Source: Eledone cirrhosa (Eukaryota). Taken from it: DNA of 64,000 nucleotides. Location: assembly GCA_964016885.1 (NCBI GenBank), contig OZ024740.1, forward strand, positions 58,714,001-58,778,000. The letters run 5' to 3'. The translations under genes were made by a program, and so were the position numbers. The number at the start of each line of letters is the position of its first letter. The first letter of the stretch is position 1. Under the pieces are notes generated by a model. That model made no database searches, was not told where the DNA came from, and saw nothing but the letters and a program-made list of their open reading frames with translations. Below, piece after piece: positions 13,601 through 25,278 of the stretch.

Positions 13601-16600
13601 CATTAAAGTTAAGTGTATATATCTTGGGGCATGTTATCAGAGGTATGCCGTTAAAGTTAAGTGTATATATCTTGGAGGTTGTATTCAGAGGTATGCCATT
13701 GCCATTAAAGTTAAGTGTATATATCTTGGAGGTTGTATTCAGAGGTATGCCATTGCCATTAAAGTTAGGTGTATATATCTTGGAGGTTTTATTCAGAGGT
13801 ATGCCATTGCCATTAAAGTTAAGTGTATATATCTTGGAGGTTGTATTCAGAGGTATGCCATTGCTATTAAAGTTAAGTGTATATATCTTGGAGATTGTAT
13901 TCAGAGGTATGCCATTAAAGTTAATTGTATATATCTTGGAGATTGTATTCAGAGGTATGCCATTGCCATTAAAGTTAAGTGTATATATCTTGGAGGTTGT
14001 ATTCAGAGGTATACTATTGCCATTAAAGTTAAGTGTATATATCTTGGAGATTGTATTCAGAGGTATGCCATTGCCATTAAAGTTAAGTGTATATATCTTG
14101 GAGGTTGTATTCAGAGGTAAGCTATTGCGATTAAAGTTAAGTGTATATATCTTGGGGCATGTTATCAGAGGTATGCTATTGCCATTAAAGTTAAGTGTAT
14201 ATATCTTGGAGGTTGTATTCAGAGGTATGCCATTAAAGTTAAGTGTATATATCTTGGAGATTGTATTCTGAGGTATGCCATTGCCATTAAAGTTAAGTGT
14301 ATATATCTTGGAGGTTGTCTTCAGAGGTATGCTATTGCCATTAAAGTTAAGTGTATATATCTTGGAGCTTGTATTCAGAGCTATGCCATTGCCATTAAAG
14401 TTAAGTGTATATATCTTGGAGGTTGTATTCAGAGGTATGCTATTGCCATTAAAGTTAAGTGTATATATCTTGGGGCATGTTATCAGAGGTATGCTATTGC
14501 CATTAAAGTTAAGTGTATATATCTTGGAGGTTGTATTCAGAGGTATGCCATTGCCATTAAAGTTAAGTGTATATATCTTGGAGATTGTATTCAGAGGTAT
14601 GCCATTGCCATTAAAGTTAAGTGTATATATCTTGGGGCATGTTATCAGAGGTATGCTATTGCCATTAAAGTTGGATGTATATATCTTGGAGGTTGTATTC
14701 AGAGGTATGCCATTGCCATTAAAGTTAAGTGTATATATCTTGGAGGTTGTATTCAGAGGTATGCCATTGCTATTAAAGTTAAGTGTATATATCTTGGAGG
14801 TTGTATTCAGAGGTATGACATTGCCATTAAAGTTAAGTGTATATATCTTGGAGGTTGTATTCAGAGGTATGCTATTGCCATTAAAGTTAAGTGTATATAT
14901 CTTGGGGCATGTTATCAGAGGTATGCTATTGCCATTAAAGTTAAGTGTATATATCTTGGAGGTTGTATTCAGAGGTATGCCATTAAATTTAAGTGTATAT
15001 ATCTTGGAGATTGTATTCAGAGGTATGCCATTGCCATTAAAGTTAAGTGTATATATCTTGGAGGTTGTATTCAGAGGTATGCCATTGCCATTAAATTTAA
15101 GTGTATATATCTTGGAGGTTGTATTTAGAGGTGTGCCATTGCCATTAAAGTTAAGTGTATATATCTTGGAGGTTGTATTCAGAGGTATGCCATTGCCATT
15201 AAAGTTAAGTGTATATATCTTGGGGCATGTTATCAGAGGTATGCCATTGCCATTAAAGTTAAGTGTATATATCTTGGAGGTTGTATTCAGAGGTATGCTA
15301 TTGCCATTAAAGTTAAGTGTATATATCTTGGAGGTTGTATTCAGAGGTATGCCATTGCCATTAAAGTTAAGTGTATATATCTTGGAGGTTGTATTCAGAG
15401 GTATGCCATTGCCATTAAAGTTAAGTGTATATATCTTGGGGCATGTTATCAGAGGTATGCTATTGCCATTAAAGTTGGATGTATATATCTTGGAGGTTGT
15501 ATTCAGAGGTATGCCATTGCCATTAAAGTTAAGTGTATATATCTTGGAGGTTGTATTCAGAGGTATGCCATTGCTATTAAAGTTAAGTGTATATATCTTG
15601 GAGGTTGTATTCAGAGGTATGCCATTGCTATTAAAGTTAAGTGTAAATATCTTGGAGATTGTATTCAGAGGTATGCCATTGCCATTAAAGTTAAGTGTAT
15701 ATATCTTGGAGGTTGTATTCAGTGGTATGCCATTGCCATTAAAGTTAAGTGTATATATCTTGGAGGTTGTATTCAGAGGTATGACATTGCCATTAAAGTT
15801 AAGTGTATATATCTTGGAGGTTGTATTCAGAGGTATGCCATTGCCATTAAAGTTAAGTGTATATATCTTGGGGCATGTTATCAGAGGTATGCTATTGCCA
15901 TTAAAGTTAAGTGTATATATCTTGGAGGTTGTATTCAGAGGTATGCCATTAAAGTTAAGTGTATATATCTTGGAGATTGTATTCAGAGGTATGCCATTGC
16001 CATTAAAGTTAAGTGTATATATCTTGGAGGTTGTATTCAGAGGTATGCCATTAAAGTTTAGTGTATATATCTTGGAGGTTGTATTCAGAGGTATGCCATT
16101 ACCATTAAAGTTAAGTGTATATATCTTGGAGCTTGTATTCAGAGGTATGCCATTGCCATTAAAGTTAAGTGTATATATCTTGGAGGTTGTATTCAGAGGT
16201 ATGCCATTAAAGTTAAGTGTATATATCTTGGAGGTTGTATTCAGAGATATGCCATTGCCATTAAAGTTAAGTGTATATATCTTTGAGGTTGTATTCAGAG
16301 GTATGCCATTGCCATTAAAGTTAAGTGTATATATCTTGGCGGTTGTATTCAGAGGTATGCCATTGCCATTAAAGTTAAGTGTATATATCTTGGGGCATGT
16401 TATCAGAGGTATGCTATTGCCATTAAAGTTGGATGTATATATCTTGGAGGTTGTATTCAGAGGTATGCCATTGCCATTAAAGTTGGATGTATATATCTTG
16501 GAGGTTGTATTCAGAGGTATGCCATTGCCATTAAAGTTAAGTGTATATATCTTGGAGGTTGTATTCAGAGGTATGCCATTGCCATTAAAGTTAAGTGTAT

Positions 16601-18246
16601 ATATCTTGGAGGTTGTATTCAGAGGTATGCCATTAAAGTTAAGTGTATATATCTTGGAGGTTGTATTCAGAGGTATGCCATTAAAGTTAAGTGTATATAT
16701 CTTGGAGGTTGTATTCAGAGGTATGCCATTAAAGTTAAGTGTATATATCTTGGTGGTTGTATTCAGAGGTATGCCATTGCCATTAAAGTTAAGTGTATAT
16801 ATCTTGGAGATTGTATTCTGAGGTATGCCATTGCCATTAAAGTTAAGTGTATATATCTTGGAGGTTGTATTCAGAGGTATGCTATTGCCATTAAAGTTAA
16901 GTGTATATATCTTGGAGCTTGTATTCAGAGGTATGCCATTGCCATTAAAGTTAAGTGTATATATCTTGGAGGTTGTATTCAGAGGTATGCTATTGCCATT
17001 AAAGTTAAGTGTATATATCTTGGGGCATGTTATCAGAGGTATGCTATTGCCATTAAAGTTAAGTGTATATATCTTGGAGGTTGTATTCAGAGGTATGCCA
17101 TTGCCATTAAATTTAAGTGTATATATCTTGGAGATTGTATTCAGAGGTATGCCATTGCCATTAAAGTTAAGTGTATATATCTTGGAGGTTGTATTCAGAG
17201 GTATGCCATTGCCATTAAATTTAAGTGTATATATCTTGGAGGTTGTATTTAGAGGTGTGCCATTGCCATTAAAGTTAAGTGTATATATCTTGGAGGTTGT
17301 ATTCAGAGGTATGCCATTGCCATTAAAGTTAAGTGTATATATCTTGGGGCATGTTATCAGAGGTATGCCATTGCCATTAAAGTTAAGTGTATATATCTTG
17401 GAGGTTGTATTCAGAGGTATGCCATTAAAGTTAAGTGTATATATCTTGGAGGTTGTATTCAGAGGTATGCCATTGCCATTAAAGTTAAGTGTATATATCT
17501 TGGAGGTTGTATTCAGAGGTATGCCATTGCCATTAAAGTTAAGTGTATATATCTTGGAGGTTGTATTCAGAGGTATGCCATTGCCATTAAAGTTAAGTGT
17601 ATATATCTTGGGGCATGTTATCAGAGGTATGCTATTGCCATTAAAGTTGGATGTATATATCTTGGAGGTTGTATTCAGAGGTATGCCATTGCCATTAAAG
17701 TTAAGTGTATATATCTTGGAGGTTGTATTCAGAGGTATGCCATTGCCATTAAATTTAAGTGTATATATCTTGGAGGTTGTATTCAGAGGTATGCCATTGT
17801 CATTAAAGTTAAGTGTATATATCTTGGAGGTTGTATTCAGAGGTATGCCATTGCCATTAAAGTTAAGTGTATATATCTTGGAGATTGTATTCAGAGGTAT
17901 GCCATTGCCATTAAAGTTGGATGTATATATCTTGGAGGTTGTATTCAGAGGTATGCCATTGCCATTAAAGTTAAGTGTATATATCTTGGAGGTTGTATTC
18001 AGAAATATGCCATTGCCATTAAAGTTAAGTGTATATATCTTGGAGATTGTATTCAGAGGTATGCCATTGCCATTAAAGTTAAGTGTATATATCTTGGAGA
18101 TTGTATTCAGAGGTATGCCATTGCCATTAAAGTTGGATGTATATATCTTGGATGTTGTATTCAGAGGTATGCCATTGCCATTAAAGTTAAGTGTATATAT
18201 CTTGGAGGTTGTATTCAGAGGTATGTCATTGCCATTAAAGTTGCAT
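4601..18246. repeat. ~13.6-kb tandem minisatellite, 54-bp monomer with 48-bp variant, roughly 255 units
   Basis: Consensus gccattgccattaaagttaagtgtatatatcttggaggttgtattcagaggtat; the 48-bp variant lacks one gccatt; a second monomer type carries ggggcatgttatc; degenerate edge units at 4601-4660 and 18240-18250. Copy number estimated from length. Confidence 0.98.
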
Positions 18247-19422
18247 GTATGTGGGAATTGTAGCTTGAAAGTTCATTTTGAAAGTATTCACAACATAACA
18301 TTTGTTGCTGAAATCTTACCTATACTTCATAGCACTTACCTTTTCTGCAGTAGCAATAGAAAAAATCTTTATTTCAGAAAAAATATATTGTAACCAGTAT
18401 TCATTTTGTTTTGACTGATGTGTACAATACTTAACTTATATGTATTTCCTTTACACATTTTGCAAAGTAGAAGTGATCATAAGAAATTATTATAATACTT
18501 AGCTTATATATTTAGTTTGAATTAGATATATTTTTTACACATGGCATGATAACATAATAAGTTGCCACTTTCAAGGATCTTATTTTCAACAACAGTAATA
18601 CAAAATATATTTATCTACTTTTTTTTAGATAGAAGTAGCTGAATATCGAGTTTAATTTCTTTGAAATATCTTGAGATATCTATAAAACAGCTCTTCTAGG
18701 TTTGAATCTTCAGTAAGCAGATAGAAACCATAAAATATTGTTTTCTGATAAATATTGATCTAATTTAACTCACTGTGTATAATCTATCTCATGCAAAGCA
18801 TTTCTGATATCTATTGAAACAAGCAACTATGCAAACGATTAGATCTCGTTAGTAATATATTTTTAAGCATAGCCAATTATTAACTGTTAAAGTAAATATT
18901 TAACATACTTTGAAATTATATCAAATCTTATATAAACAAAAAATTAAATACCTATAAAGTGTTTCAATGAAATCTGAGATAAAATTATTTGTGAAAATCA
19001 AAGCAGAATTATTTTCAGTTTGAATCAATGTTTATTTATTTGTTAATATACAAAGTGTCTGCTTATGTGTTAATTTGTGTTACTGTTAATTTGCAAACAT
19101 TTAAATGTAAAATTGCTGCCTTTGAAAAGTTATGCATATGTTAAAAAACTCAGTAATATCTCATTATATTGGAGGCATGTTGACAGAAATATAATTTATG
19201 TAAATAATCAATAATTTAATTAATTATTTACTTATTAAATAGTTCTCCTCTGTTTGGTAACACTTCTATTTCTATTTGTATGGTTTCTAATAATGTCTAT
19301 TTAACACATTTCTTATCTTTAAGAAAAAAATTCATGCAATTAGTTCTATGTTGCATATACATGATAGCTATTACTTGAATATTATTACTGATTTTAACTT
19401 AGAAAGAATTTCCATTAGTGAC

Positions 19423-19630
19423 ATCATCATCATCATCATCATCACTGTTTAATGTTTATTTTCTATGCTTGCATAGGTTAGATAGCTTCTCACATTATGA
19501 GACTAGTCAGGTAAAGTGACCATGTTGTGCTCATACATATCTGTTTTGGGATTGCTTTCTATGACTAGATACCCTTCCAAAGGCCAACCACATTACAGCA
19601 TGGACTGGTGGTTTGTTTTTTTATATCACT
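19423..19630 (-). mobile_element. Degenerate RTE-tail short element
   Basis: (CAT)n, then tttaatgttt...ctatgcttgcataggttagat..., then ttctatgactagataccctt, as in other copies. Confidence 0.6.
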
Positions 19631-19777
19631 TTTACAAATTATATCTTATATGTAATAAAAAGTTTCATTACTCAATGTTAAAAAAAATCTTTTTGAATTT
19701 TGTAGTGATTCTTGGTTTCTAGGTAAACATATTTACATATATTTCTAGTCTCTCAGCTTATGTCACTGTCTGATAAT

Positions 19778-19922
19778 CAGTAGAGGGTCGGATGCCATGC
19801 TTTGCAACAAAGAGTTACGGTCCTTTATGGTCTGAGTTCAAATCCCGCCGAGGTTAACTTTGCCTTTCATCCTTACGGGGTCGATAAAATAGAGTACCAG
19901 TAATACAGAAGTAGAAACAATT
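19778..19922 (+). mobile_element. tRNA-derived SINE family A (Meta-domain-like core), 5'-truncated and internally deleted
   Basis: B box gagttcaaatccc and core gcctttcatccttacggggtcgataaaatagagtaccag; matches 50866-51037 and 53332-53517. Confidence 0.85.
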
Positions 19923-20819
19923 ATGTTTTATATAGTCATTTGTAGTGTAACATTGGTATTTGCTCTATTGATTTGAAAGACTACTTACAATTAACAATAA
20001 ACCTATAATCTCCCTCTCTTTTTCTCCCTTTAATTTTTGGTTTATTCATAATTTTTCTTCAGATACACAGTTTGTTTTCAATACAGACAGGGAGTCATGT
20101 CTCATTTAAAAAGTACATAGGATCAACATATCTTAGTGCACTATCAAAACAAGTCCAGTTACTTGACATTATCAAGCTAACTGGAAAATAAATATAGCTT
20201 TCAATTCAATGAGGTCTCTGGCATATTGGTAGGTAACAAGCCCTTTATATATATATATATATATCAGATACAGGAACGTCAGGAAGGGTTTGGATAGTAC
20301 AATATAAGTTTAAACATTTCATTACCATATTTCTAACAATAGACACTGCCTCTGTGTTTAAAATCATTTTTAATATAATATAGAATTTGGAGGGATTTAG
20401 TAACATAAGTAACTTTCCCATTATTAACCTGATGTTTGGAAATAATTTAACAAAGATGTAGACAGTTTCTGATGAAGATCTCAACAAAGATTGAACTCAC
20501 ATCAAGCTATTCATATTTTTCAACCTATGGGGAAATACATGGATAAGACATGTTTACATGGTTAAATATATAAAATGTGTGTTTACCTTCACATTTCTAG
20601 CAGCTTTGGTTAAAAACCTGTACTTTTTGTAAATTTATAACATACTTCTATTGCTTAGTGCACAGTCTATGTAATAAGTTAGGAAAGGTTCTCACAAAAT
20701 TCATGATATAAAGGTTTTAGATAAATATAAACAAGTAAGAATTTTTTCAAATATGTTTGCTTAAAGTAAGCTACTTCAGTGTAAGCTTTTCTGATAATGA
20801 AAATAATCAAACAAATTGG

Positions 20820-23800
20820 ATCTATAATTCTGTCTCACTGTTCTAAATAATCTTCTCCACGCTTGTTCTAAATAATCTTCTCGCTACCATTTTGGCTGAA
20901 AAATTTTCCAGGATTCATAAAAATGGCTTCTCTCGGCCCTCTAAATCGCTATCACCCCCGCTCTCTCTATCATATACGTCCCTCTCTCAATCTCTCTCTC
21001 ACTCCCTACTCGCACCAAATATAAATAAACCTGTTACGAGGGACAAAACTCAGAATTTGTCAACTCTCATTAATGGTCAGTCGACTTCTATGAAATGTAG
21101 TGTATAAATAACATTTTCTTCTTGTCTCCCCACTCTTTGGTTCATTCATCCATATATCTATAATCGCTCAGAATCCAAATCCTACTTCATAATTGCTATT
21201 CTATAATTCTGACTCACTGTTCTAAATAATTCTGTCTCCTTGCTAACTACCCCATACCCCTCCCTCCCCCACTCTCCACCTTTATTATTTGGACCAATCA
21301 CAAGTCACCGGCCTATGCTATCACTTCTGGTTGCTTTTCGATATGATGGATGGACTAGGGAATTTCTGGAGAGTCTGAAGAATCTGGACACTCGAAGACA
21401 ATGCCAAAGATAACGACAAATTCACCTCATGCTGCCGGACGAAAGGGCAAGGCCCCTTCCTCTTTGTTTCGGCCGCGGATGGCCAACATAACCCAACCAC
21501 ATCCCCCTCACCCCTCCCTGCGCCCCACCCACCAAATGCAATCCACGACTTCAGAGTTGTTACCATGAATGTAGGCACCTTAAAAGGCCGCTCAAACGAG
21601 GTTGTAGAAATGCTTGAACTTAAGGAGGTTGATGTTTGCTGTATCCAAGAGACCAAGTGGAGGGGCAGATCTGCTATATTCATTGTGGGTAAAAAACGAT
21701 GCTATAAGCTTTTCTGGGTGGGAAATGACAATGGGCTGGGTGGGGTAGGAATCATGTTAGCAGAAAAATGGGTGGATAAGATAATAGACGTAAATAGAGT
21801 GAATGACAGAATAATTAAAATAAGACTTGTCCTAAATAGAACTACTGTGACAGTAATATCTGCGTACATGCCCCAATCCGGACTGCCTGGCACTATAAAA
21901 GACAGATTCTATGAGACACTGATGCTCACTACCTCCCAAATAACCGACAGTGACTATATAATTATTGCTGGCGACCTAAATGGTCACATTGGACAACATT
22001 GTGATGGCTATGACGGAATCCACGGAGGCTATGGGTTTGGTACTAGAAATGAGGAAGGCTCCAGAATCCTGGAATTCTGTGACGCAAATAACCTAACTAT
22101 CTGTAACACTAACTTCAAAAAACGAGACAATCACTTTATCACCTACAGATCAGCGGAACATACCAGCCAGGTAGATTATATCCTTACCAGAAGACGTGAC
22201 AGAGTGTCTGTTGTAAACACCAAATCCCTCCCCCATGAAGAATGCACCTCCCAACATAGACTGATAATTAGCGACCTCATAGTCAGGACGAGACGTACTT
22301 GACAGCAGAAGAGGACTATCCTCAGGAGAAAAATATGGAAATTAAAGGACCCCACAACCAGTAATAAATTTAAAAGCATATTACTTGATGCTTTCGGCAG
22401 TAAGGAAGAGCATTTAGAGTCGTACAATATAGAGGAACAGTGGGAATTCCTGAAAGCAAACCTGCTGATGGCGGCAGACGAAGTCTGTGGCTGGAGCAGG
22501 CCTATAGGCAGGAGGAGAGTAACATGGTGGTGGAACAGTAAGGTGGAGGAGTCAATTAAGGCCAAAAAGCAGGCTTGGAAAGTATGGCGGGATGGGGGGA
22601 AGTAGAGAAGACTATCAAGTGGCCAGGAGGGAAGCTAGGAGACAAGTGTACTTCGCAAGAAGGGAAGCTGAGGAAAGAAAGTTCAAGCATGTTCTACAAC
22701 GCGAGGACCAAAAACGTGAGGTGTTCAGGATTGCTAGGCAATGTGTCAAGGAAAACCATGATATTGTCGGGGAGAAGTGTGTACTTAATGATGATGGTGT
22801 ACTTACCATCACGGACGCTGATAAGAAGGTAGCTTGGAAGCGTCACTACAAAAGGCTACTAAATGAGGAGAATAAATGGGAGAAAAACAGTCTCCTCCAC
22901 ATCGACCCAATAGAGGGACCAGCAGTGTTAGTCGAAGGTAGTATAATAAGTAAGGCAATCAAAGATATGAAGACGGGTAAAGCGGCTGGGCCTTCGGAAA
23001 TAGTTGCTGAAATGCTGAAAGCATCTGGAACGGTGGGACACACTATGGTCACCCAGATAGTAAACCAAGTCATACAGAATGGGGTTGTTCCGAAGGACTG
23101 GCGTAGCAGTATCATCATTAACTGCTACAAGGGTAAAGGAGATGCCCTAGATAGGAGTAACTATAGAGGCATCAAATTAATCAACCAGGTCATGAAGGTC
23201 ACAGAAAAAGTAATAGCGCAACTAATCAGAGAGAGAATTGATATAGATGAAATGCAGTTCGGGTTTCTGTCAGGCAAAAGTACCACAGACGCTCTTTTCA
23301 TTGTACGACAACTACAGGAGAAATACCTAAGTACCTAGCTAAAAGTAAACCCCTATACTTAGCTTTTGTCGACTTGGAGAAAGCCTTCGACAGAGTCCCC
23401 CGTTCCATTATCTGGTGGGCTCTTAGAAAACTAGGTGTTGATGAATGGCTTGTGAGAGCTATATAATCCATGTATAAAGAAACAGTCAGCAAGGTTAGAA
23501 TAAACAACGAATATAGTGAAGAGTTTAGCATAAAAGTTGGTGTTCTTCAGGGCTCTGTTCTTAGCCCCCTACTATTTATTATTGCCCTTCAAGCTATAAC
23601 AGTGGAGTTCAAGACCGGCTGCCCATGGGAACTCCTATACGCAGATGATCTAACGCTCATAGCTGAATCAATGGCTGAACTAGAGAAGAAATTCCAAACA
23701 TGGAAGCATGGCCTAGAATCAAAAGGCCTTAAAGTTAACCTGTCTAAGACTAAAGTTCTAGTTTGTAGGAAGGAAAATAGGGCACCGGTCCCATCCGGGA

Positions 23801-24982
23801 AATGGCCATGTTCAGTGTGTAGGAAAGGAGTAGGTAGAAACTCCATTTTATGTCCCAAATGAAAACTATGGGTACATAAAAGATGTAGTGGGATCACAGG
23901 TAAGCTAACTAAGATTTTATATGTGGCCGGTGCTCTGGTGCAATAAGTAGCAGCAAGTGCCCACAGAATACTAGCTCATTCCATTGCACAGATGGTTCTC
24001 TAGAAATAGTGGACAGCTTCCGTTACCTGGGTGACAAAATCAGCAGTGGGGGAGGGTGCTCTGAAAGTATAGTAGCTAGAGTCAGAACTGGATGGAAAAA
24101 GTTCAGAGAGCTTATACCACTATTAGCCGCTAAAGGGTTCTCCCTAAAAATGAAAGGCAGGCTGTATGATGGCTGCATACGAACAGCAATGTTGCATGGC
24201 AGTGAGACCTGGGCATTGTGTGCAGAGGATATATGCAGACTGGAGAGGAACGAAGCTTGCATGCTCCGCTGGATGTGTAATAGTAATATACGTGAACGGC
24301 AAAGCATAAACGAACTAAGGGAAAAATTAGAAATAAGAGGGATCAGATGTTGTTTACTCGAGAGAAGGCTATGTTGGTATGGTCACGTGATGCGCATGAA
24401 AGATGACAGCTGTATAAAAAAGTGCAGGGCAATGAAAATAGACGGTAGCCATGGAGTAGGCAGACCCAGAAAAACTGGGACGACTTGATAAATTCCGACC
24501 TCACACACTTACACCTCTCCAAGACAATGTCACTGGACCGAGATCTTTGGCGCTACACAGTAATAGAGAAGACCCGCCTTACCTAAGTACAAAGTGAAAC
24601 CTACTACAGTCAGTAGGCACCTCTAACAAAATACACCCCGTCCCACTACCCCCCACCCCATCCACACCACCCCTTTCAATGTAAAGTTATGTTGGTACCA
24701 CAACATCCAGCCCGAAACAAATGAGGTCGTGTAGGTGTCACGACAAAAAAACACACAGTCCACGCTGTAATGTGGCCGTGTAGGCAACACGGTAAAAACC
24801 TCCCAGTTCCACACTGTAAATGTGATTGGTGTTAGGAAGGGCATCCAGCCGTAGAAAACCCGCCAGACAGTCCTATGCAAGCAAGACAACCATCCCTGCC
24901 TCAAGTGGGAAAACTCCCGTCCAAACCCATGTAAGTGTGGAATATGGACGTTAAACGATGATGATGATGATGATGATGATGA
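20820..24982 (+). mobile_element. Near full-length RTE-clade non-LTR retrotransposon (LINE), recently inactivated
   Basis: Single ORF with AP endonuclease and reverse transcriptase, ~370-bp 3' UTR, (GAT)n tail at 24957-24982. 5' boundary inferred from CpG retention and internal repeats; no TSD found. Confidence 0.93.
21343..24586 (+). pseudogene. Disrupted RTE ORF: APE endonuclease - reverse transcriptase - PHD-like zinc finger
   Basis: APE motifs MNVGTL, CIQETKW, AGDLNGH, QVDYIL, SQHRLI; RT motifs NYRGIKL, QFGF, FVDLEKAFD, QGSVLSP, YADD, FRYLG. Lesions: stops at 21376, 22300, ~23464 and 23860; frameshifts near 22590, 23330 (small tandem duplication), 23913 (7-bp deletion vs the 56653 copy) and 24475. 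Confidence 0.95.
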
Positions 24983-25278
24983 AGCCCCCTGATATGGAAA
25001 AATTTGACAGTGTCACCTTCCATCTCTAGGGGTTTATATGTCCAACTTGTTTGATGATTTTTATAGTTAAAAACATTTACATTTTCATTGAAGTAGATTA
25101 CTTTAAGCTAAAATACTTTTAAAAATTCTAAATTTACTGAACACTTCTTAAATATGATTGATTTCTTTTTTGTTAATAAACAATTTAAAATAAACAGCTT
25201 AGTATCATAAATCCAAGAGTTATTTCATGTGGTTTAGGACCAAAATGGTTAAATATGATGGTCATAAAAGTGACAGAT

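Noticed and set aside
4601-18246. CRISPR array
   Set aside because: Units are contiguous near-identical monomers with no unique spacers; there are no cas genes and the context is eukaryotic.
4610-18393. Long + strand ORFs (MPLPLKLSVYILEVVFRG)n and (YAIAIKVKCIYLGGCIQR)n as real proteins
   Set aside because: They arise automatically from stop-free 54/48-bp units; two overlapping frames are open, and stops and 1-bp frameshifts were propagated by duplication.
21565-24586. Active autonomous retrotransposon or domesticated RT gene
   Set aside because: Several in-frame stops and about four frameshifts; this copy is dead, although the family looks young.
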